Shown: in pieces, positions 46,901-62,746 of the stretch
How positions within the stretch are numbered: position 1 is the first letter of the stretch
Layout: each line of letters starts with the position of its first letter
From: Eledone cirrhosa
Taxonomy: Eukaryota
Direction of reading: 5' to 3'
Length of the DNA: 64,000 nucleotides
NCBI GenBank assembly: GCA_964016885.1
Contig: OZ024740.1
Coordinates: 438,340,001-438,404,000, forward strand
The notes under the pieces: generated by a model
Seen by the model: only the letters and a program-made list of their open reading frames with translations
The model's database searches: none
Told to the model about the DNA's origin: nothing
Made by a program: the position numbers and the translations under genes

Positions 46901-49900
46901 TTATAGAACATACTTTATAGAACACACCTTAATAGAACACACCTTTATAGAATAGAGCTTTATAGAACATACCTTTATAGAACACACCTTAATAGAACAT
47001 GCCTTTATAGAACAGACCTTTATAGAACACACCTTTATAGAACATGCCTTTATAGAACAGATCTTTATAGAACACACCTTTATAGAACACACCTTTATAG
47101 AACATACCTCTATATAACATACCTTAATAGAACACACCTTTATAGAACACACCTTTATAGAACACACCTTTATAGAACATACCTTAATAGAATACACCTT
47201 TATAGAACAGACCTTTATAGAACATATCTATATAGAACACACCTTAATAGAACACACCTTTATAGACCATACCTTAATAGAACATACCTTTATAGAACAG
47301 ACCTATATAGAACATACCTTTATAGAACACACCTTAATAGAACATGCCTTTATAGAACAGATCTTTATAGAACATACCTTTATAGAACACACCTTTATAG
47401 AACATACCTTTATAGAATATACCTTTATAGAACATACCTTTATAGAACAGATCTTTATAGAACATACTTTTATAGTACATACCTTTATAGTACATACCTT
47501 AATAGAACATACCTCTATAGAACATACCTTTATAGAACATACCTTTATAGAACACACCTTAATAGAACATGCCTTTATAGAACAGGCCTTTATAGAACAT
47601 ACCTTTATAGTGCATACCTTTATAGTACATACCTTAATAGAACATACCTTTATAGAACATACCTTTATAGAACATACCTTAATAGAACACATGTTTATAG
47701 AACACACATTTATAGAACATAGCTATATAGAACACACCTTTATAAAACATAGCTTAATAGAACATGCCTTTATAGAACAGACCTTTATAGAACATACCTT
47801 TATAGTACAAACCTTTATAGTACATACCTTTATAGTACATACCTTTATAGAACATACATTTATAGAACAGACCTTTATAGAATATACCTTTATAGAACAG
47901 ACCTTTATAGTACATACCTTAATAGAACATACCTTTATAGAACACACCTTCATAGAACATGCCTTCATAGAACAGACCTTTATAGAACATACCTTTATAG
48001 TACATACCTTTATAGTACATACCTTTATAGTTACTACCTTTATAGAACATACCTTAATAGAACATACCTTTATAGAACACAACTTTATAGAACACACCTT
48101 TATAGAACACACCTTTATAGAACAAACCTTTATAGAATATACCTTTATAGAACAGACCTTTATAGAACATACCTTTATAGAACACACCTTAATAGAACAT
48201 GCCTTCATAGAACAGGCCTTTATAGAACATACCTTTATAGTACATACCTGTATAGTACATACCTTAATAGAACATACCTTTATAGAACATACCATTATAG
48301 AACAGACCTTTATGGAACATACCTTTATAGAACATACCTTTATAGAACATACCTTTATAGTAAATACCTTAATAGAACATACCTTCATAGAACATACCTT
48401 TATAGTACAAACCTTTATAGTACATACCTTTATAGTACATACCTTTATAGTATATACCTTTATAGAACAGACCTTTATAGAACACACCTTTATAGAACAT
48501 ATCTTTATAGAACATACTTTAATAGAACATGCCTTTATAGAACAGACCTTTATAGAACATACCTTTATAGTTATTACCTTTATAGAAAATACCTTAATAG
48601 AACATACCTTTATAGAACACACCTTTATAGAACAGACCCTTATAGAACATACGTTTATAGAATATACCTTTATAGAACAGACCTTTATAGAACATACCTT
48701 TATAGAACACACCTTAATAGAACATGCCTTTATAGAACAGGCCTTTATAGAACATACCGTTATAGTACATACCTTTATAGTACATACCTTAATAGAACAT
48801 GCCTTTATAGAAAATACCTTTATAGAACAGACCTTTATAGACTATACCTTTATAGAAAATAGCTTTATAGAAAATACCTTTATAGAACATACCTTTATAG
48901 AACATACCTTTATAGAGCATACCTTTATAGAACACACCTTAATAGAACATACCTTTATAGAACATACCTTTATAGAACATACCTTTATAGAACATACCTT
49001 TATAGAACATACCTTTATAGAATATACCTTTATAGATTATACCTTTATAGAACAGACCTTTATAGAACATTCCTTTATAGAACATACCTTTATGGAACAT
49101 ACCTTTATAGAACAGACCTTTATAGAACATACCTTTATAGAAAATACCGTTATAGAACATACCTTTATAGAACACACCTTTATAGAACATACCTTTATTG
49201 AACATACCTCAATATAACATACCTTAATAGAACACACCTTTATAGACCATACCTTAATAGAACATACCTTTATAGAACATACCTTTATAGAACATACCTT
49301 TTTAGAACACACCTTTATATTACACAACTTTATAGTACACACCTTTAGCGTACATACCTTAATAGAACAGACCTTTATAGAACATATCTTTAGAGAAGAT
49401 ACCTTTATAGAATAGAACTTTATAGAACACACCTTTATAGAAAATGCCTTTATAGAACAGATCTTTATAGAACACACCTTTATAGAACACACCTTTATAG
49501 AACAAACCTCTATATAACATACCTTAATAGAACACACCTTTATAGAACACACCTTTATAGAACACACCTTTATAGAAAATGCCTTTATATAACAGATCTT
49601 TATAGAACACACCTTTATAGAACACACCTTTATAGAACATACCTCTATATAACATACCTTAATAGAACACACCTTTATAGAACACACCTTTATAGAACAC
49701 ACCTTTATAGAACATACCTTATTAGAATACACCTTTATAGAACAGACCTTTATAGAACATACCTTTATAGAACATATCTTTATAGGACATAACTTTATAT
49801 TACACAACTTTATAGTACACACCTTTAGCGTACATACCTTAATAGAACATACCTTTATAGAACATATCTTTAGAGAAGATATCTTTATAGAATAGACCTT

Positions 49901-52500
49901 TATAGAACACACCTTAATAGAACATGCCATTATAAAACATAGCGTTATAGAACATACCTTTATAGAACAGACCTTTATAGAACATACCTTTATAGAAAAT
50001 ACCTTTATAGAACATACCTTTATAGACCATACCTTTATAGAAAATACCTTTATAGAACATACCTTTATAGAAAATACCTTCATAGAACATACCTTTATAG
50101 AACAGACCCTTATAGAACATACCTTTAGAGAATATACCATTATAGAACAGACCTTTATAGAACATACCTTTATAGAACATACCTTTATAGAACATATCTT
50201 TATAGAACATGCCTTAATAGAACACACCTTTATAGAATAGAGCTTTATAGAACATACCTTTATAGAACACACCTTAATAGAACATGCCTTTATAGAACAG
50301 ACCTTTATAGAACACACCTTTATAGAACACACCTTTATAGAACATACCTCTATATAACATACCTTAATAGAACACACCTTTATAGAACACACCTTTATAG
50401 AACACACCTTTATAGAACATACCTTAATAGAATAAACCTTTATAGAACAGACCTTTATAGAACATACCTATATAGAACACACCTTAATAGAACACACCTT
50501 TATAGATCATACCTTAATAGAACATACCTTTATAGAACAGACCTATATAGAACATACCTTTATAGAACACACCTTAATAGAACATGCCTTTATAGAACAT
50601 ACCTTTATAAAACATACCTTTATAGAACACACCTTTATAGAACATACCTTTATAGAATATACCTTTATAGAACATACCTTTATAGAACAGATCTTTATAG
50701 AACATACCTTTATAGTACATACCTTTATAGTACATACCTTAATAGAACATACCTTTATAGAACATACCTTTATAGAACATACCTTTATAGAACACACCTT
50801 AATAGAACATGCCTTTATAGAACAGGCCTTTATAGAACATACCTTTATAGTGCATACCTTTATAGTACATACCTTAATAGAACATACCTTTATAGAACAT
50901 ACCTTTATAGAACATACCTTAATAGAACACATGTTTATAGAACACACCTTTATAGAACATAGCTATATAGAACACACCTTTATAAAACATAGCTTAATAG
51001 AACATGCCTTTATAGAACAGACCTTTATAGAACATACCTTTATAGTACATACCTTTATAGTACATACCTTTATAGTTACTACCTTTATAGAACATACCTT
51101 AATAGAACATACCTTTATAGAACACAACTTTATAGAACACACCTTTATAGAACACACCTTTATAGAACAAACCTTTATAGAATATACCTTTATAGAACAG
51201 ACCTTTATAGAACATACGTTTATAGAACACACCTTAATAGAACATGCCCTCATAGAACAGGCCTTTATAGAACATACCTTTATAGTACATACCTGTATAG
51301 TACATACCTTAATAGAACATATCTTTATAGAACATACCATTATAGAACAGACCTTTATAGAACATACCTTTATAGAACATACCTTTATAGAACATACCTT
51401 TATAGTAAATACCTTAATAGAACATACCTTTATAGAACAGACCTTAATAGAACACATCTTTATAGAACACACCTTTATAGAACATAGCTTAATAGAACAT
51501 ACCTTTATAGAACAGACCTTTATAGAACATACCTTCATAGAACATACCTTTATAGTACAAACCTTTATAGTACATACCTTTATAGTACATACCTTTATAG
51601 AATATACCTTTCTAGAACAGACCTTTATAGAACACACCTTTATAGAACATACCTTTATAGAACATACTTTAATAGAACATGCCTTTATAGAACAGACCTT
51701 TATAGAACATACCTTTATAGTTATTACCTTTATAGAACATACCTTAATAGAACATACCTTTATAGAACACATCTTTATAGAACAGACCCTTATAGAACAT
51801 ACGTTTATAGAATATAGCTTTATAGAACAGACCTTTATAGAACATACCTTTATAGAACATACTTTAATAGAACATGCCTTTATAGAACAGACCTTTATAG
51901 AACATACCTTTATAGTTATTAAATTTATAGAACACACCTTAATAGAACATGCCTTTATAGAACAGGCCTTTATAGAACATACCGTTATAGTACATACCTT
52001 TATAGTACATACCTTAATAGAACATGCCTTTATAGAAAATACCTTTATAGAAGAGACCTTTATAGAACATAGCTTTATAGAAAATACCTTTATAGAAAAT
52101 ACCTTTATAGAACATACCTTTATAGAGCATACCTTTATAGAACACACCTTAATAGAACATACCTTTATAGAACATACCTTTATAGAACATACCTTTATAG
52201 AACATACCTTTATAGAACATACCTTTATAGAACATACCTTTATAGAACATACCTTTATAGAATATACCTTTATAGAATATACCTTTATAGAACAGAACTT
52301 TATAGAACATACCTTTATAGAACATACCTTTATGGAACATACCTTCATAGAACAGACCTTTATAGAACATACCTTTATAGAAAATACCTTTATAGAACAT
52401 ACCTTTATAGAACACACCTTTATAGTACATACCTTTATTGAACATACCTCAATATAACATACCTTAATAGAACACACCTTTATAGAACACACCTTAATAG
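40920..52500. repeat. Diverged, rearranged higher-order copies (offsets 3030, 3240, 2400, 1469 and 975 bp)
   Basis: ORF offsets are 3030 for 41605/44635 and 3240 for 47303/50543, 47610/50850 and 47723/50963, but the copies differ internally. The GTGCATACC marker occurs at ~42767, 43741, 46141, 47610 and 50850. Confidence 0.75.
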
Positions 52501-54740
52501 AACACACCTTTATAGACCATACCTTAATAGAACATACCTTTATAGAACATACCTTTATAGAACATACCTTTATAGAACATACCTTTATAGAACACACCTT
52601 AATAGAACATACCTTTATAGAAAATACCTTTATAGAACACACCTTTATAGAACATACCTTTATAGAATATACCTTTATAGAACACACCTTTATAGAACAT
52701 AGCTTAATAGAACATACCTTTATAGAAGAGACCTTTATAGAACATACCTTTATAGAACATACCTTTATAGAACATACCTTTATAGAACACACCTTTATAG
52801 AATAGACCTTTTAGAACATACCTCTATAGAACATACCTTTATAGAATACACCTTTATAGAACACACCTTTATAGAACATACCTTTATAGAACACACCTTT
52901 ATAGAACATACCTTTATATTACACAACTTTATAGTACACACCTTCAGCGTACATACCTTAATAGAACATACCTTTATAGAACATATCTTTAGAGAATATA
53001 TCTTTATAGAATAGACCTTTATAGAACATACCTTTATAGAACATACCTTTATAGAACACACCTTTATAGAATACACCTTAATATAACATACCTTAATAGA
53101 ACACACCTTTATAGAATTTATCTTTATAGTACATACCTTTATAGAACACACCTTTATAGAATATACCTTTATAGAATGTACCCTTATAGAACACACCTTT
53201 AGAGTACATACCTTAAAAGAACATACCTTTATAGAACACACCTTTATAGTACATACATTAATAGAACATACCTTAATAGAATATACCTTTATAGAACAGA
53301 ACTTTATAGAACATACCTTTATAGAACATAACTTTATAGAACATACCTTTATAGAACAGACCTTTATAGAACATACCTTTATAGAAAATACCTTTATAGA
53401 ACATACCTTTATAGAACACACCTTTATAGAACATACCTTTATTGAACATACCTCAATATAACATAACTTAATTGAACACACCTTTATAGAACACACCTTA
53501 ATAGAACACACCTTTATAGACCATACCTTAATAGAACATACCTTTATAGAACAGACCTTTATAGAACATACCTTTATACAACATACCTTTATAGAACACA
53601 CCTTAATAGAACATACCTTTATAGAACATACCTTTATAGAACACACCTTTATAGAACATACCTTTATAGAATATACCTTTCTAGAACATACCTTAATAGA
53701 ACAGATCTTTATAGAACATACCTTTATAGTACATACCTTTATAGTACATACCTTAATAGAACATACCTTTATAGAACATATCTTTATAGAACATACCTTT
53801 ATAGAACATACCTTTATAGTACATACCTTTATAGTACAAACCTTAATAGAACATACCTTTATAGAACATAGCTTTATAGAACACACCTTAATAGAACACA
53901 CCTTTATAGAACATAGCTTAATAGAACATACCTTTATAGAACATACCTTTATATTACACAACTTTATAGTACACACCTTTAGCGTACATACCTTAATAGA
54001 ACATACATTTATAGAACATATCTTTAGAGAATATATCTTTATAGAATAGACCTTTATAGAACATACCTTTATAGAACACACCTTTATAATACATAACTTT
54101 ATAGAACACACCTTTATAGAACATACCTTTATAGAACATACCTTTCTTGAACACACCTTTATAGAATACACCTTAATATAACATACCTTAATAGAACACA
54201 CCTTTATAGAACTTATCTTTATAGTACATACCTTTATAGAACACAACTTTATAGAATATACCTTTATAGAATGTACCCTTATAGAACACACCTCTATAGT
54301 ACATACCTTAAAAGAACATACCTTTATAGAACACACCTTTATAGTACATACATTAATAGAACATACCTTAATAGAACATACCTTTATAGAACATACTTTA
54401 ATAGAACATGCCTTTATAGAACATACTTTAATAGAACATGCCTTTATAGAACAGACCTTTATAGAACATACCTTTATAGTTATTACCTTTATGGAACATA
54501 CCTTAATAGAACATACCTTTATAGAACACACATTTATAGAACAGACTCTTATAGAACATACCTTTATAGAATATACCTTTATAGAACAGACCTTTATAGA
54601 ACATACCTTTATAGAACACACCTTAATTGAACATGCCTTTATAGAACAGGCCTTTATAGAACATACCTTTATAGTACATACCTTTATAGTACATACCTTA
54701 ATAGAACATGCCTTTATAGAAAATACCTTTATAGAACAGA

Positions 54741-57700
54741 CCTTTATAGAACATACCTTTATAGAAAATACCTTTATAGAAAATACCTTTATAGAACATA
54801 CCTTTATAGAACATACCTTTATAGAACATACCTCTATAGAACACACCTTAAGAGAACATACCTTTATAGAACATACCTTTATAGAACATACCATTATAGT
54901 ACATACCTTTATAGTACAAACCTTAATAGAACATACCTTTATAGAACATAGCTTTATAGAACACACCTTAATAGAACACACCTTTATAGAACATAGCTTA
55001 ATAGAACATACCTTTATAGAACAGACCTTTATAGAACATACCTTTATAGAACATACCTTTATAGAACATACCTTTATAGAACACACCTTTATAGAACAGA
55101 CCTTTATAGAACATACCTCTATAGAACATACCTTTATAGAATAGACCTTTATAGAACATAACTTTATAGAACATACCTTTATAGAATAGACCTTTATAGA
55201 CCATACCTTTTTAGAACACACCTTTATAGAACATACCTTTATAGAACACACCTTTATAGAACATACCTTTATATTACACAACTTTATAGTACACACCTTT
55301 AGCGTACATACCTTAATAGAACATACCTTTATAGAACATATCTTTAGAGAATATATCTTTATAGAATAGACCTTTATAGAACATACCTTTATAGAACACA
55401 CCTTTATAATACATAACTTTATAGAACACACCTTTATAGAACATACCTTTATAGAACATACTTTTATAGAACACACCTTTATAGAATACACCTTAATATA
55501 ACATACCTTAATAGAACACACCTTTATAGAACATACCTTTATATTACACAACTTTATAGTACACACCTTTAGCGTACATACCTTAATAGAACATACCTTT
55601 ATAGAACATATCTTTAGAGAATATATCTTTATAGAATAGACCTTTTATAGAACATACCTTTATAGAACACACCTTTATAATACATAACTTTATAGAACAC
55701 ACCTTTATAGAACATACCTTTATAGAACATACTTTTATAGAACACACCTTTATAGAATACACCTTAATATAACATACCTTTATAGAACACACCTTAATAG
55801 AACATGCCTTTATAGAACAGGCCTTTATAGAACATACCTTTGTAGTACATACCTTTATAGTACATACCTTAATAGAACATGCCTTTATAGAAAATACCTT
55901 TATAGAACAGACCTTTATAGAACATACCTTTGTAGAAAATACCTTTATAGAAAATACCTTTATAGAACATACCTTTATAGAACATACCTTTATAGAACAT
56001 ACCTTTATAGAACAGACCTTTATAGAACATACCTTTATAGAACATACCTTTATAGAACATACCTTTATAGAACATAACTTTATAGAACATACCTTTATAG
56101 AACATACCTTTATAGAACATACCTTTATAGAATATACCTTTATAGAATATACCTTTATAGAACAGAACTTTATAGAACATACCTTTATAGAACATACCTT
56201 TATAGAACATACCTTTATAGAACAGACCTTTATAGAACATACCTTTATAGAAAATACCTTTATAGAACATACCTTTATAGAACACACCTTTATAGAACAT
56301 ACCTTTATTGAACATACCTCAATATAACATAACTTAATTGAACACACCTTTATAGAACACACCTTAATAGAACACACCTTTATAGACCATACCTTAATAG
56401 AACATACCTTTATAGAACAGACCTTTATAGAACATACCTTTATACAACATACCTTTATAGAACACACCTTAATAGAACATACCTTTATAGAACATACCTT
56501 TATAGAACACACCTTTATAGAACATACCTTTATAGAATATACCTTTCTAGAAGATACCTTTATAGAACAGATCTTTATAGAACATACCTTTATAGTACAT
56601 ACCTTTATAGTACATACCTTAATAGAACATACCTTTATAGAACATATCTTTATAGAACATACCTTTATAGAACATACCTTTATAGTACATACCTTTATAG
56701 TACAAACCTTAATAGAACATACCTTTATAGAACATAGCTTTATAGAACACACCTTAATAGAACACACCTTTATAGAACATAACTTAATAGAACATACCTT
56801 TATAGAACATACCTTTATATTACACAACTATATAGTAGACACCTTTAGCGTACATACCTTAATAGAACATACCTTTATAGAACATATCTTTAGAGAACAT
56901 ATCTTTATAGAATAGACCTTTATAGAACATACCTTTATAGAACACGCCTTTATAATACAAAACTTTATAGAACACACCTTTATAGAACATACCTTTATAG
57001 AACATACCTTTATAGAACACACCTTTATAGAATACACCTTAATATAACATACCTTAATAGAACACACCTTTATAGAACTTATCTTTATAGTACATACCTT
57101 TATAGAACACAACTTTATAGAATATACCTTTATAGAATGTACCCTTATAGAACACACCTCTATAGTACATACCTTAAAAGAACATACCTTTATAGAACAC
57201 ACCTTTATAGTACATACATTAATAGAACATACCTTAATAGAACATACCTTTATAGAACATACTTTAATAGAACATGCCTTTATAGAACATACTTTAATAG
57301 AACATGCCTTTATAGAACAGACCTTTATAGAACATACCTTTATAGTTATTACCTTTATGGAACATACCTTAATAGAACATACCTTTATAGAACACACATT
57401 TATAGAACAGATTCTTATAGAACATACCTTTATAGAATATACCTTTATAGAACAGACCTTTATAGAACATACCTTTATAGAACACACCTTAATAGAACAT
57501 GCCTTTATAGAACAGGCCTTTATAGAACATACCTTTATAGTACATACCTTTATAGTACATACCTTAATAGAACATGCCTTTATAGAAAATACCTTTATAG
57601 AACAGACCTTTATAGAACATACCTTTATAGAAAATACCTTTATAGAAAATACCTTTATAGAACATACCTTTATAGAACATACCTCTATAGAACACACCTT

Positions 57701-60700
57701 AAGAGAACATACCTTTATAGAACATACCTTTATAGAACATACCATTATAGTACATACCTTTATAGTACAAACCTTAATAGAACATACCTTTATAGAAAAT
57801 AGCTTTATAGAACACACCTTAATAGAACACACCTTTATAGAACATAGCTTAATAGAACATACCTTTATAGAACAGACCTTTATAGAACATACCTTTATAG
57901 AACATACCTTTATAGAACATACCTTTATAGAACACACCTTTATAGAACAGACCTTTATAGAACATACCTCTATAGAACATACCTTTATAGAATAGACCTT
58001 TATAGAACATACCTTTAGAGAACATACCTTTATAGAATAGACCTTTATAGACCATACCTTTTTAGAACACACCTTTATAGAACATACCTTTATAGAACAC
58101 ACCTTTATAGAACATACCTTTATATTACACAACTTTATAGTACACACCTTTAGCGTACATACCTTAATAGAACATACCTTTATAGAACATATCTTTAGAG
58201 AATATATCTTTATAGAATAGACCTTTATAGAACATACCTTTATAGAACACACCTTTATAATACATAACTTTATAGAACACACCTTTATAGAACTTACCTT
58301 TATAGAACATACCTTTATAGAACATACCTATATAGAATACACCTTAATATAACATACCTTAATAGAACACACCTTTATAGAACTTATCTTTATAGTACAT
58401 ACCTTCATAGAACACACCTTTATAGAATATACCTTTATAGAATGTACCCTCATAGAACACACCTTTATAGTACATACCTTAAAAGAACATACCTTTATAG
58501 AACACACCTTTATAGTACATACATTAATAGAACATACCTTAATAGAACATACCTTTATAGAACATACTTTAATAGAACATGCCTTTATAGAACATACTTT
58601 AATAGAACATGCCTTTATAGAACAGACCTTTATAGAACATACCTTTATAGTTATTACCTTTATAGAACATACCTTAATAGAACATACCTTTATAGAACAC
58701 ACCTTAATAGAACATGCCTTTATAGAACAGGCCTTTATAGAACATACCTTTATAGAAAATACCTTTATAGAAAATACCTTTATAGAACATACCTTTATAG
58801 AACATACCTTTATAGAACATACCTCTATAGAACACACCTTAAGAGAACATACCTTTATAGAACATACCTTTATAGAACATACCATTATAGTACATACCTT
58901 TATAGTACAAACCTTAATAGAACATACCTTTATAGAACATAGCTTTATAGAACACACCTTAATAGAACACACCTTTATAGAACATAGCTTAATAGAACAT
59001 ACCTTTATAGAACAGACCTTTATAGAACATACCTTTATAGAACATACCTTTATAGAACATACCTTTATAGAACACACCTTTATAGAACAGACCTTTATAG
59101 AACATACCTCTATAGAACATACCTTTATAGAATAGACCTTTATAGAACATAACTTTATAGAACATACCTTTATAGAATAGACCTTTATAGACCATACCTT
59201 TTTAGAACACACCTTTATAGAACATACCTTTATAGAACACACCTTTATAGAACATACCTTTATATTACACAACTTTATAGTACACACCTTTAGCGTACAT
59301 ACCTTAATAGAACATACCTTTATAGAACATATCTTTAGAGAATATATCTTTATAGAATAGACCTTTATAGAACATACCTTTATAGAACACACCTTTATAA
59401 TACATAACTTTATAGAACACACCTTTATAGAACATACCTTTATAGAACATACTTTTATAGAACACACCTTTATAGAATACACCTTAATATAACATACCTT
59501 AATAGAACACACCTTTATAGAACATACCTTTATATTACACAACTTTATAGTACACACCTTTAGCGTACATACCTTAATAGAACATACCTTTATAGAACAT
59601 ATCTTTAGAGAATATATCTTTATAGAATAGACCTTTTATAGAACATACCTTTATAGAACACACCTTTATAATACATAACTTTATAGAACACACCTTTATA
59701 GAACATACCTTTATAGAACATACTTTTATAGAACACACCTTTATAGAATACACCTTAATATAACATACCTTTATAGAACACACCTTAATAGAACATGCCT
59801 TTATAGAACAGGCCTTTATAGAACATACCTTTGTAGTACATACCTTTATAGTACATACCTTAATAGAACATGCCTTTATAGAAAATACCTTTATAGAACA
59901 GACCTTTATAGAACATACCTTTGTAGAAAATACCTTTATAGAAAATACCTTTATAGAACATACCTTTATAGAACATACCTTTATAGAACATACCTTTATA
60001 GAACAGACCTTTATAGAACATACCTTTATAGAACATACCTTTATAGAACATACCTTTATAGAACATAACTTTATAGAACATACCTTTATAGAACATACCT
60101 TTATAGAACATACCTTTATAGAATATACCTTTATAGAATATACCTTTATAGAACAGAACTTTATAGAACATACCTTTATAGAACATACCTTTATAGAACA
60201 TACCTTTATAGAACAGACCTTTATAGAACATACCTTTATAGAAAATACCTTTATAGAACATACCTTTATAGAACACACCTTTATAGAACATACCTTTATT
60301 GAACATACCTCAATATAACATAACTTAATTGAACACACCTTTATAGAACACACCTTAATAGAACACACCTTTATAGACCATACCTTAATAGAACATACCT
60401 TTATAGAACAGACCTTTATAGAACATACCTTTATACAACATACCTTTATAGAACACACCTTAATAGAACATACCTTTATAGAACATACCTTTATAGAACA
60501 CACCTTTATAGAACATACCTTTATAGAATATACCTTTCTAGAAGATACCTTTATAGAACAGATCTTTATAGAACATACCTTTATAGTACATACCTTTATA
60601 GTACATACCTTAATAGAACATACCTTTATAGAACATATCTTTATAGAACATACCTTTATAGAACATACCTTTATAGTACATACCTTTATAGTACAAACCT

Positions 60701-62746
60701 TAATAGAACATACCTTTATAGAACATAGCTTTATAGAACACACCTTAATAGAACACACCTTTATAGAACATAACTTAATAGAACATACCTTTATAGAACA
60801 TACCTTTATATTACACAACTATATAGTAGACACCTTTAGCGTACATACCTTAATAGAACATACCTTTATAGAACATATCTTTAGAGAACATATCTTTATA
60901 GAATAGACCTTTATAGAACATACCTTTATAGAACACGCCTTTATAATACAAAACTTTATAGAACACACCTTTATAGAACATACCTTTATAGAACATACCT
61001 TTATAGAACACACCTTTATAGAATACACCTTAATATAACATACCTTAATAGAACACACCTTTATAGAACTTATCTTTATAGTACATACCTTTATAGAACA
61101 CAACTTTATAGAATATACCTTTATAGAATGTACCCTTATAGAACACACCTCTATAGTACATACCTTAAAAGAACATACCTTTATAGAACACACCTTTATA
61201 GTACATACATTAATAGAACATACCTTAATAGAACATACCTTTATAGAACATACTTTAATAGAACATGCCTTTATAGAACATACTTTAATAGAACATGCCT
61301 TTATAGAACAGACCTTTATAGAACATACCTTTATAGTTATTACCTTTATGGAACATACCTTAATAGAACATACCTTTATAGAACACACATTTATAGAACA
61401 GATTCTTATAGAACATACCTTTATAGAATATACCTTTATAGAACAGACCTTTATAGAACATACCTTTATAGAACACACCTTAATAGAACATGCCTTTATA
61501 GAACAGGCCTTTATAGAACATACCTTTATAGTACATACCTTTATAGTACATACCTTAATAGAACATGCCTTTATAGAAAATACCTTTATAGAACAGACCT
61601 TTATAGAACATACCTTTATAGAAAATACCTTTATAGAAAATACCTTTATAGAACATACCTTTATAGAACATACCTCTATAGAACACACCTTAAGAGAACA
61701 TACCTTTATAGAACATACCTTTATAGAACATACCATTATAGTACATACCTTTATAGTACAAACCTTAATAGAACATACCTTTATAGAAAATAGCTTTATA
61801 GAACACACCTTAATAGAACACACCTTTATAGAACATAGCTTAATAGAACATACCTTTATAGAACAGACCTTTATAGAACATACCTTTATAGAACATACCT
61901 TTATAGAACATACCTTTATAGAACACACCTTTATAGAACAGACCTTTATAGAACATACCTCTATAGAACATACCTTTATAGAATAGACCTTTATAGAACA
62001 TACCTTTAGAGAACATACCTTTATAGAATAGACCTTTATAGACCATACCTTTTTAGAACACACCTTTATAGAACATACCTTTATAGAACACACCTTTATA
62101 GAACATACCTTTATATTACACAACTTTATAGTACACACCTTTAGCGTACATACCTTAATAGAACATACCTTTATAGAACATATCTTTAGAGAATATATCT
62201 TTATAGAATAGACCTTTATAGAACATACCTTTATAGAACACACCTTTATAATACATAACTTTATAGAACACACCTTTATAGAACTTACCTTTATAGAACA
62301 TACCTTTATAGAACATACCTATATAGAATACACCTTAATATAACATACCTTAATAGAACACACCTTTATAGAACTTATCTTTATAGTACATACCTTCATA
62401 GAACACACCTTTATAGAATATACCTTTATAGAATGTACCCTCATAGAACACACCTTTATAGTACATACCTTAAAAGAACATACCTTTATAGAACACACCT
62501 TTATAGTACATACATTAATAGAACATACCTTAATAGAACATACCTTTATAGAACATACTTTAATAGAACATGCCTTTATAGAACATACTTTAATAGAACA
62601 TGCCTTTATAGAACAGACCTTTATAGAACATACCTTTATAGTTATTACCTTTATAGAACATACCTTAATAGAACATACCTTTATAGAACACACCTTAATA
62701 GAACATGCCTTTATAGAACAGGCCTTTATAGAACATACCTTTATAG
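54741..62746. repeat. Tandem duplication, period 3991 bp (266 monomers plus 1 bp), 2 nearly identical copies
   Basis: Nine ORF pairs are offset by exactly 3991 (e.g. 54998/58989, 55583/59574, 56828/60819, 57137/61128, 58442/62433). Each copy carries one 16-bp monomer (GACCTTTTATAG at ~55640 and ~59631). Confidence 0.96.
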
